From positions 32,001 through 96,000 of the IMG/VR virus record IMGVR_UViG_3300028602_000002: 64,000 nucleotides of DNA, one strand, 5' to 3'. A program made the position numbers and the translations under genes. The stretch comes from a virus (taxonomy: Duplodnaviria; Caudoviricetes). The notes beneath the pieces were generated by a model, which saw only the letters and a program-made list of their open reading frames with translations, did no database searches and had not been told where the DNA came from. Of this stretch, positions 19,769 through 28,700 are shown piece after piece; within the stretch, counting starts at the first letter, position 1, and each line of letters opens with the position of its first letter.

Positions 19769-20732
19769 CTATTTTGATACTGCTTATAAAAGTCGAGTTG
19801 AATTCCGTGGTGTTTCTAAAAAAGATAAAATTGTTAATGAAGGCATTCGCAACTTTGAAAGATATTTAGCCACAGCTGCTACTAAAGAAACTATTATTTT
19901 TGGATATGATGAAATAGAGGTTTCTATACAGACAAGTAGCCAAGATGAAGTTGGACAGAGATATGAAAAACTCATGTTGGCACCTTTGGAGAGTGGGCTT
20001 GATGTAGGAGATGTTTTTTTATGGAATGATTCTCCTTGGTTGTTTTTAACTAAAGTGCAATTAAGTATTCCTACTCACATAAAGGGAAAGATACGAGAAT
20101 GTAATCATATTCTTAAATGGTATAGTGGTGGAGAATTATTAGAAGTTCCCGCCCATGTTATTACCAATAGAGGTTTAGGAGTCAGTGAAGGAACTTCCCA
20201 AGGTATTATATCAATAGAACCATCTTTAGTTTCTTTGGCTATTGTCCCTCTTACAGAAGAAACTAAAACTATAAAACGAGAACAAAGATTTATTACCAGT
20301 GGGCAGGCTTGGAGAGTTACTAGTATTGATGATACTTCTGTCGAGAAATTAAGATTGATCACCATGAAAGAAGATATTGTTGATATGGCTAAAGATAAAC
20401 CTGATGATCAAGTTGCTAATGTTTATATTGCTGACGAAGAAACAGGGAAAGTTACAGTAGATGGCGTTGAATATTTAGTAGAAGGTGAATCAACAATTAG
20501 TTGGAATCAATTCGCCAATTATAGTGCAAAAATAGATGGTGAATTAGCTGAAGATATAGAATTTCAGATTAGTGATATTAAATTGGCTGGATTTGTGAGC
20601 GAGCCAGATGATAATCCTGTTCAAATTTTCGCTAATAATAAAGGATTAATTGGAACTTTTAAATTAATAGTTCCTTTTACTGCTGAAATAATTGTAAGCA
20701 AAACTATTAAAGTAGTTAGCTTATGGGGATAA
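19758..20732 (+). CDS. Putative head closure protein with C-terminal Ig-like extension
   Basis: GDVFLW..W, ECNHILKW, QRFI....AWRVT; beta-rich C-terminus; synteny. Confidence 0.55.
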   Translation: MVNNYFDTAYKSRVEFRGVSKKDKIVNEGIRNFERYLATAATKETIIFGYDEIEVSIQTSSQDEVGQRYEKLMLAPLESGLDVGDVFLWNDSPWLFLTKVQLSIPTHIKGKIRECNHILKWYSGGELLEVPAHVITNRGLGVSEGTSQGIISIEPSLVSLAIVPLTEETKTIKREQRFITSGQAWRVTSIDDTSVEKLRLITMKEDIVDMAKDKPDDQVANVYIADEETGKVTVDGVEYLVEGESTISWNQFANYSAKIDGELAEDIEFQISDIKLAGFVSEPDDNPVQIFANNKGLIGTFKLIVPFTAEIIVSKTIKVVSLWG

Positions 20733-20744
20733 AGGAGTGATATT

Positions 20745-21302
20745 ATGGGAGAAGTAGGAAGATTCTCTGAATTAGGAATTTTACTAAGGAAGATTACTAG
20801 TTATTTAACTGATGTGAAAAATCCTGATGAGAAGTTTTCAAATGCCGCTAAAGATCTGTGTAAGTTATTATACTACACAGAAACTAATCCATTACAGCAA
20901 CCGATGGGACAGCCACTCAATCCAGAAAGACCTAGACCAGAATTTAATGATTTAAAAGATGTTAGAGATCATATTATAAATCAAAGAATTCTTTTAGTTC
21001 CACGGATTCCAGCTCCTGAAGAGCGTGGTGGATTTGTAGTTGTTATGATAGGTAATTTCTCTTTAAGTGAAAATAAGCAATTTAAGGTAAATAGACTTAT
21101 CTTTGATGTGTTAGCTCATCATGATAATTGGTTGTTAGATGATAATTTAAGACCTTTTGTTTTAATGCAACAGATTGATACGATTTTTAATAATCGTAAA
21201 CTATCTATTGGAAGGGTGGAGTTTAAAACTGCTGATGCTATTGTTTTAGCTCCGCATATTTTAGGTTATCAGTTGGTGTATAGCGATGTTACCTTTAACT
21301 AA
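20745..21302 (+). CDS. Putative tail terminator / neck protein
   Basis: Synteny; FDVLAH..W....LRP. Confidence 0.5.
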   Translation: MGEVGRFSELGILLRKITSYLTDVKNPDEKFSNAAKDLCKLLYYTETNPLQQPMGQPLNPERPRPEFNDLKDVRDHIINQRILLVPRIPAPEERGGFVVVMIGNFSLSENKQFKVNRLIFDVLAHHDNWLLDDNLRPFVLMQQIDTIFNNRKLSIGRVEFKTADAIVLAPHILGYQLVYSDVTFN

Positions 21303-22047
21303 TGAGGATAAAAAAGCTCGTAGTTTATGTGGTCTTCCTATTCCTGTTGCTGGTATAGATATTCATCCTTTAAAACTAGTAGATGTGTTAACTATAGGAG
21401 AAAATTTATATCACTACTATTTAACAACCATTGTTATGCTTAAAAAAATGATGGAAATACAATCTAATTTGACAGCCGAAGAACTTGTAGAGATTGATGA
21501 ATTTGCTTTATTATTATATTTAGCACAGCATCACCCTTCTTTTATTCAAGAAATTAAAAGAGCTATTGAATATTTCTTGAAACCAAATAGACAAATTATT
21601 TTTGATGTAGAGAAAGCTAAAATATTTGTTTATGAGATAGAAGAAGGAGAAAGAATATTAGTTGGGTATTTCGACAAGAATAGTTATGATGAATTTATTG
21701 GTGTAATAAAACACCAAAATTATGTTGGAGTAGATGAAACTGAAGACGAAAGACCAGCTGATGAAGCTACTAGGATATTATTAGAGCAAAGGAAAAAAGC
21801 AAGAGAAGCTGTTGCTAAAGCTAAGGGAGAACAAGGTGAAAAACTTTCTTTAGCTGATTATATTTCTATAATAAATGCCAAGTCGTTAAATGTTAAAGCT
21901 GATTTTTTGAATGTTACTGTCTATAGTTTTTATAATTACTTAGAAAGATTAATGATTATTGAAAACTATGATGTAACATTACGACAAATATTAGCAGGAG
22001 TTGATCCTAAAAAAGTAAAATTGAAACATTGGGCGACTAAGTTATAA
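21286..22047 (+). CDS. Hypothetical tail-module protein, possibly an assembly chaperone
   Basis: Directly upstream of the tail tube gene. Confidence 0.45.
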   Translation: MLPLTNEDKKARSLCGLPIPVAGIDIHPLKLVDVLTIGENLYHYYLTTIVMLKKMMEIQSNLTAEELVEIDEFALLLYLAQHHPSFIQEIKRAIEYFLKPNRQIIFDVEKAKIFVYEIEEGERILVGYFDKNSYDEFIGVIKHQNYVGVDETEDERPADEATRILLEQRKKAREAVAKAKGEQGEKLSLADYISIINAKSLNVKADFLNVTVYSFYNYLERLMIIENYDVTLRQILAGVDPKKVKLKHWATKL

Positions 22048-22083
22048 AAGGAGAAAACTTTAAATAAGGAGGAGACTTAACCT

Positions 22084-22845
22084 ATGGGTGATAAATTTGG
22101 TGTGAAGGAAGTTATGAACGTAACTTTTTACGACTTAGTATCATGGCAGCCATCTTTATACATTGACACACTAAAGCTATCTAACTTAGAAAATACTGCT
22201 GAACAAAGTATGGCTCGTGGGGGAGTAGGTAACCCTATTCTTTTAACATGGGACTATAATAGAGAAGCTAATTTTGAAGTTCAAGATGCTTTAATGACAA
22301 TGAAATCTCTATCAATGCTAGCCGGTACTCAGTTAAAGACTGATGAAGATACTATTCTTCATATGAGAGAGATTTTAGAAGTTAGTGCGACAGATGATAT
22401 AACTCTTTCTCAGACTCCTTTAGATGGCGATGAAACTGATAAATTGTTTATCTATAAGGATGACGATGATAGTGGCACTCCATTAGTAATTAATGATATT
22501 ACTGGAAAAGTAGTAAGCTTAGACTATGGGGAGCAAGTAGAAGAGGGAGATAAAGTAGTAGTTTACTATCCATATGAAACAGATGCTTTAACTGAAAGAC
22601 CTCAAATTGTGACAATTACATCTGAGGATTTCCCTGGCTATTATAGAGTTGTTGGTGATACTGTGGTTAGAAATGCTAGAACTGGCTTGGATGAAAAATT
22701 CCAGCTTATTGTGGAAAGAGCTAAGATTATGCCTGGATTTACTGTTTCAATGCAGGCTGAAGGTGATCCTGCTGTGTTTGATATGAACCTAATGGTTTTC
22801 AAACCAGTAGATAAAACAGAAATGATCAAAATGGTAAAATACTAA
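22084..22845 (+). CDS. Major tail tube protein
   Basis: FGVKEVMNVTF, ARGG.GNP.L.TWD, strong RBS, followed by a terminator. Confidence 0.75.
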   Translation: MGDKFGVKEVMNVTFYDLVSWQPSLYIDTLKLSNLENTAEQSMARGGVGNPILLTWDYNREANFEVQDALMTMKSLSMLAGTQLKTDEDTILHMREILEVSATDDITLSQTPLDGDETDKLFIYKDDDDSGTPLVINDITGKVVSLDYGEQVEEGDKVVVYYPYETDALTERPQIVTITSEDFPGYYRVVGDTVVRNARTGLDEKFQLIVERAKIMPGFTVSMQAEGDPAVFDMNLMVFKPVDKTEMIKMVKY

Positions 22846-22870
22846 AACACAGCTTATTTGAAAGTGTATT

Positions 22871-22902
22871 AAGGGGAGAGTTCGCTCTCCCCTTTTTATT
22901 TT
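22871..22902 (+). terminator. Rho-independent terminator
   Basis: AAGGGGAGAG-TTCG-CTCTCCCCTT followed by TTTATTTT. Confidence 0.9.
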
Positions 22903-22929
22903 ATCAAGAATAAAGGGAGGAGATTTATT

Positions 22930-23676
22930 ATGGAATTTGGAATTCGTGGAGCATCTAATGTATTATTATCAAAATATGGAAATAAAGAACCTATTTTATT
23001 TCTACCAGAGATAACCTTTACTGATATTAATTTAGAAGGGGAGTTTGTTCCATCTAAAGGTGGACAACAAGGGATGAATCTTATTGCTTGGAATGAAAAT
23101 GCAGAAGCTACTTTTAGAATTAGAACTCCTATTTTTTCTATGGAATTTTTAGAAATTACAGCTGGTAGTGAATTAGTAACTAAAGAGACATTCATCCATG
23201 AAATACAAGTTTTACAACTTGACGAAGACAATAAAGCTAAACTAAAATCCTCACCTTCTAATAAAAGACCTATATTTGTTTTTGAGTTGAATGTTAGTGG
23301 GCGTCAAATCACTAATAAAATAACTGAGAAAAATTATGTAATTGACGGAGACGAGATCACAGTCACCACTTCTCTTACTGGAGATTGGATTTTAGTTTAC
23401 TATTATCATAAAACATCAATACAAATTGTAGAAATTGGTAAATTTGTTAATATGGGTTATTTATCTCTCTTAGGAGAGACTGAAATATATAATCAAGATA
23501 GTGGAAATACAGAATTCCTGAAGTTTGATTTTCCTAAAATTGAGATTCGTCAGCAATTTAATTTACAAATGTTAAATGCAACTAATCCAGATCAGTTTTT
23601 CTTTATGGATTGTGTAGCTTTAATAGAGAACCCAGAGGATAAAGTTCTATTGAGACTAATGAAAGCGAATAGCTAA
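22930..23676 (+). CDS. Tail tube paralogue (minor tail protein)
   Basis: Colinear similarity to 22084-22845 (FGI..A.NV, KGG....LIAW, YY, GET, F.LQM). Confidence 0.6.
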   Translation: MEFGIRGASNVLLSKYGNKEPILFLPEITFTDINLEGEFVPSKGGQQGMNLIAWNENAEATFRIRTPIFSMEFLEITAGSELVTKETFIHEIQVLQLDEDNKAKLKSSPSNKRPIFVFELNVSGRQITNKITEKNYVIDGDEITVTTSLTGDWILVYYYHKTSIQIVEIGKFVNMGYLSLLGETEIYNQDSGNTEFLKFDFPKIEIRQQFNLQMLNATNPDQFFFMDCVALIENPEDKVLLRLMKANS

Positions 23677-23695
23677 AGAGAGCAAGGATAATGTA

Positions 23696-23738
23696 GCGGG
23701 AAAGCTCTCTTTTAAAATTGGGCTTTCTCGTTTTTTTT
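23696..23738 (+). terminator. Rho-independent terminator with a competing upstream helix
   Basis: GCGGGAAAGCTC / GGGCTTTCTCGT followed by a T run. Confidence 0.75.
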
Positions 23739-23771
23739 ATTGTAATATAGATGGAATGTAGGTGAGATAAG

Positions 23772-25121
23772 ATGGCTGAATTAACAGGTAGACCAACTTA
23801 TGATTTAAGTTTGGGTGGAGAATACGTTCATACTAATATTTATCACTTTCATCGTAGTTTAGGTAGCTTTGCTGACCCAAGAACTAACTTTGATTTTATA
23901 TTGCAGGAAACTATTGATAAACAAGAGCAGAGAGAAAGAAGGATTAATGAACAATTCACCAGAGCTGGTATTGATAGGGGTATTGATGGATTTGTAGAAG
24001 AGATGAGAACCTTCCAAAATATAGTGAATAATGTTTGGAAGATAGGAGAAGTAACAAGAGCTGCATATTTACCAAAACAATTTGAACAATGGAGTCCAGC
24101 GGCTTTACAGCATCAAGCTCAAATACTAAAAGACTATTTAGATAGTTTAACTCAGTTCCATAATAATGCAATGGAAATTGGTGGCTATAAGATAGAGGAT
24201 GTAGAAAGATTTATGCCAGGATTTACTAAACTAAGAGGAGAGTTACAGAAAGCTATCAAAGGATATGAAGATATTCAAACAACTGGTGGAGATATTGGAA
24301 GACAGATAGCAGGTATGGTTAACTATTTTAAGGGACTTGGATATGAAGGGGTAATAGGTTCGGCAACAGCTGGAATTCTAGCTGGTTTCCAAGAACTCAG
24401 AAGTCAACAGGTTGAAGTAGGGTTAACAGGGATGGTACAAAGGGCAGATGGTAGACAAGTAAAGGTTGATGTTTTACCTAAGTTAGAAGACTGGGGAGTA
24501 AGTTTTGGAATAAGTGTAAAAGCTACTCGACAGAAAACTTTAGAAGCTAGGTGGGGAGCTACATTACATTCTGGTAATGTTCGTTCTATTGCTCAATTAA
24601 TAGAAGATACTAGGATGGGAGATCCCCATTTAGGTGATCAGTTTAAATATTTCTTAATTAACCTATCAAGAATGAGAGATTATGCTCAAGCATATGGTAA
24701 GGAGGTCAGAGGGCCAAGTAAAATTACCGACTATCCAGAGTATTATAAATTAACTCAAGAAATAGCTAAAACATATGCAACATTTTTTGTGGGAGCTGAA
24801 TTACCAGGAAGGACGGCTGATGTAGAAATTCCTGAGTTATTTAATGTAGATATTTTTGTATTAGGAGATAGAATTTATAAAAAGTCAGAACTGTTAAGGC
24901 AAATTCAAACAGGTGAAATGGATGTTAAATTTAAATTGAAAGAATATTTATCTCAACCTCAGTCATTCTGGGAAAATTATGATATTAAAAAACGTGAGGC
25001 TATGACACAGGTTGGTGGAGATTATTCGCAAGTAGTGGGGCAAGATTTTGTTACAGATGCTGTAAGAAAACTATTGCCACAGAAAGCCGCTATTACTTTA
25101 CATGCGGTGGTAGGAAAATAA
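23772..25121 (+). CDS. Hypothetical 449 aa protein in the tail module
   Basis: Long ORF with AGGTGA RBS; weak PD-(D/E)xK-like pattern. Confidence 0.6.
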   Translation: MAELTGRPTYDLSLGGEYVHTNIYHFHRSLGSFADPRTNFDFILQETIDKQEQRERRINEQFTRAGIDRGIDGFVEEMRTFQNIVNNVWKIGEVTRAAYLPKQFEQWSPAALQHQAQILKDYLDSLTQFHNNAMEIGGYKIEDVERFMPGFTKLRGELQKAIKGYEDIQTTGGDIGRQIAGMVNYFKGLGYEGVIGSATAGILAGFQELRSQQVEVGLTGMVQRADGRQVKVDVLPKLEDWGVSFGISVKATRQKTLEARWGATLHSGNVRSIAQLIEDTRMGDPHLGDQFKYFLINLSRMRDYAQAYGKEVRGPSKITDYPEYYKLTQEIAKTYATFFVGAELPGRTADVEIPELFNVDIFVLGDRIYKKSELLRQIQTGEMDVKFKLKEYLSQPQSFWENYDIKKREAMTQVGGDYSQVVGQDFVTDAVRKLLPQKAAITLHAVVGK

Positions 25122-25144
25122 AAGAATTCTAAGGAGGAGTAAAA

Positions 25145-25675
25145 ATGATTTCTGTAAAACAATTAGCTGAAAATTTTGAATATCCTGATGCTAAGGATAT
25201 TGACTTTAATGGGGAGCAACTTTTTGTCAAACAATATTTACCAACAGAGCAAAAATATGGTTTAATTGAAGGGGCTATTTTCCTATTAGGATTAAATGAA
25301 GGACCTTTAAATCCTTTATTATCTGAAGTTGTGTTTGAAATTGAACTTGTAAAAGCATATTCAAGTGTAAGTTTTGAAGATTTTAATGAAGGTGTTTTTA
25401 AAGAATATGATATTTTAGATAAAAGTGGTATTATAGAAGCAGTAATTAAAAATATTCCTGTTCAAGAATATGAAGAAATTTGTCGTTTATATGATGAAAC
25501 ATTAAAGGAAACTATGGAATATAATAAGAGTTTACTTGCTTTACTTACTGGGATTATTGGGAATCTTTCTAATAGTTTAAAAGAAGTTGGAGAAGATTTA
25601 GATAATTTTGATATGAGTAACTATGAAGCGGTAGCTGGGATTTTGAAGAAATTAGGAGATCAAAAACATATATAA
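25145..25675 (+). CDS. Putative tail assembly chaperone
   Basis: Directly upstream of the tape measure gene; VKQYLP motif. Confidence 0.55.
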   Translation: MISVKQLAENFEYPDAKDIDFNGEQLFVKQYLPTEQKYGLIEGAIFLLGLNEGPLNPLLSEVVFEIELVKAYSSVSFEDFNEGVFKEYDILDKSGIIEAVIKNIPVQEYEEICRLYDETLKETMEYNKSLLALLTGIIGNLSNSLKEVGEDLDNFDMSNYEAVAGILKKLGDQKHI

Positions 25676-25707
25676 GAGTATAAGGTGAAAAGAGAATAAG
25701 GTGGTGA

Positions 25708-28700
25708 TTGCGGTTGGCAGACGTAACATTAAAATTTAGTATAGATGTTAGTAGAGCTAAGGCGTCTTTAGATGGTTTTAGAAGAGCTATGTCAGGTTTA
25801 AAATTAGGGGATGAACTAACTAAATCATTAGAACAACAGATGACACTTATTGAAAAAAAGATGAAACAATTACAAGACTTTAAAATAACTCCTCAAACTG
25901 ATGAAGCTACTATGAAACAGTTTAAGAAATTAATGGATGAAATTACTAAAGCTACTTCTGAAGTAGAAGGATCTTTTGGTAAAATTAATGCTGAGATTCG
26001 TCAAAGTACTGGATTAAGTTCTCAGCATTTTGATAAATTAAAACACATTCAACAAATTAATGAAGGTATTAGAACTACTTACCAACAAACTAGAGAAGCT
26101 TTAGTTGCTAGATTAACTCACAGAGAGAAAGAATTACAACTTGCTCAGTTAGAAGGTAGGATAGCTAGTGAGCAACGTGAATCAACTAAAGAGAAATTAC
26201 AATTAACTTTAGAGAATAAAAAAAATGATGAAGATAGATTGGCTATTGTTCAGCAAATTAGAGATTTAGATAAAGAGTTTAAAGGTCAAGAAGCTAGAAT
26301 GGCTATTGATGAAGAGAGAGCTAAAGTTCTTGAAGACCAGTTAAGTAAGCACCAAGAAATTAAACAAGCTCTTGATGAAAAGAAAGTTGCATATGATGAT
26401 TTAGAAAACCAAACAAGACAGGCTGAACAAGGTAGGCAGAGAGCTTTAGAAGCTCAAAAGGAAGGATTAGATGCTGTAACTAAAGGAATAAGTACGTTAA
26501 CTGATAGAATGAGAAGGTTAGCGGAATTTACTGTAGCCGCTTTTGCTTTACGTACTTTAAGAAGGTTCTTTCAAGAGGGATTAGGTTTTGTTAGAGATTT
26601 AGATAAATCTTTAACAGAGATTGCAACTGTTACTCATACAACCAGAGAAGAAATGTGGAAGATGGCAGTAGAGTTTAACCGCTTGGGTAGAGAGTTAGGT
26701 AGAACAACTAGTGAAATCGCTCAAGCGTCTGTTATCTTCTATAGGCAGGGTCTACAACAGCATGAAGTTTTAGAAATGGTTAGAGCTTCTACTATTTCAG
26801 CAGGTATTGCTAACACTGATACTGCTGATGCTTCTGATAGATTGACGTCTGCTTTAAGAGGTTTCTTAAGACCTGCCAGTGAAGCTATGAGTGTAGCAGA
26901 TAAACTTGCTGCTCTTGCTGCTCAGTCAGCTTCATCTTTTGATGAATTGTCTTACGCTATGACTAAGACTGCTGCTTCTGCACAAGTGGCAGGTATTGAT
27001 ATGGACCATTTATTTGCCTACATAGCAAAGGTAATTGAAGCTACTCGTGAAGCTCCAGAAAACATTGGAACTGCTTTTAAAACTATTATTGCTCGTATGC
27101 AACAAGTTAAAGAAGCTGGAGTTATTGTTGAAGATGGAGTGACTACTCCATTAAATAAAGTACAAGAGGCATTAGAAGCAGTTGGTGTTGAGTTATTAGA
27201 TCATGAAGGACAACTAAGGGATTTACAAGATGTTTTCCGTGACTTAGGTCGAGAATGGGATTACATGGATAGAAACACTAAAGCTTATTTGGCTACTATT
27301 ATAGCTGGTTCTCGTCAACAGTCTCGTTTCTTAGCTTTAATGAATGACTTCAATAGAACTAATGAGTTAATTACAGTTTCTCAGTTAAGTGCTGGAGAAG
27401 CTTCTAAACAGTTCCAAACACATTTAACTGGAATTGAAGCCTCTTTAGTTAGATTAAAAGCTGCTCAAGAAGAATTTTTAATAGGATTAATTAATCCTGA
27501 ACATTATAAAGGTGCCATAGATTCATTAAGAACTTTACTTGATACTTTTAGTGGTATCCCTCCAGTTTTAACGTTAGCTATTGCTGGTATCACATTGTGG
27601 ACAATGAAAACTATTATTGCTATGGGAGCAACTGTTGCTAAAGCTAATGCTGAGAAGATTAGAAATGTTGTAGAGACAGAAGGACTAGGTATTGCTTATC
27701 AAAGAGTATTGGCAAACTTAAAAGAAGCTGGCTCTACTACAGTATTAATAGGTAAACTATTAACTTTAATAGGTGTTAAAAAAGGTGTTATAGCAACGAC
27801 ACTTGCTATGCATGCTGCTACTTTTGGTCTTTCTGTAGTAATAATGGCAGCTGTTGCCGCTGTTGGATATTTAGTAATAAGATTAGCCAGTTTAGCTAGT
27901 GCTAGAAAATTAGAATTGGAAAGATTACGTGAATCTATTGGTCAAAAACAAGAAGAAATTACAGTTCTTGAGAGAGAAAAAGACCAGTTAAGAGATCTAG
28001 CAAAAGAACATGAAACATTAAGAAATAAAGTAACTCGTACAGCTGATGAAGAAGCTAGATTAGCTACTTTAAATCAAGAACTGTCTGATACTTATGGAAG
28101 ATTAGTTGTAGGCGTAGATTCTTTTGGTAATGTAATAATAGATACTACATCTTATATAGAAGAAGAAGCTCGAAAAATTAGAGAATTAAACTTTGAATTA
28201 TTAGAGAATAGAAGAATTTTAGCAGAAGAAGAATTTAAAATAGATTTTAGAGAAACAGGGGATGAGATAAGAAAGCTCAGAATACAGTTTGAGCAACTAA
28301 CAGGAGAAATTTTTGGAACTGAAGGAGAGAGAAGTATTCAATTTTCTACCCCAAGAGCTCCTGCGAGACCTAGAGATATTGAAGAAGACGCTCCTTGGGC
28401 GCAAAGAAAACTACATGAATGGCATATGAGTAGATATGAAGAAGGGCAAAAAAGAATTGAAGAAATTAGAAAACAATTAGAAGAATCAGAAGAGAGACAG
28501 AATAGAATTATAGAAGAACGTCTTCGTCTACAAGATCAAATTTTAGTTGCTTCTATTGCTTTAAACGAAGAATTAGATGTTGCAACAAAGTTGTTAGCTG
28601 AACAGGTAGTTTTAAGTGTTGAAAGACCTGATCCAACAGAGATGTTAACACTAACAGATCAAGAATTAGAAGAAGCATTTTCAGACTATGAACAAAGAGT

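Noticed and set aside
6299-25690. TATAAGGTGAAA at ~6299 and ~25679 as a late promoter motif
   Set aside because: Only two copies, partly SD-like; no consistent motif found upstream of other late genes by eye
25145-25710. Classical G/GT tail chaperone frameshift
   Set aside because: No room for a downstream T ORF before the TMP start
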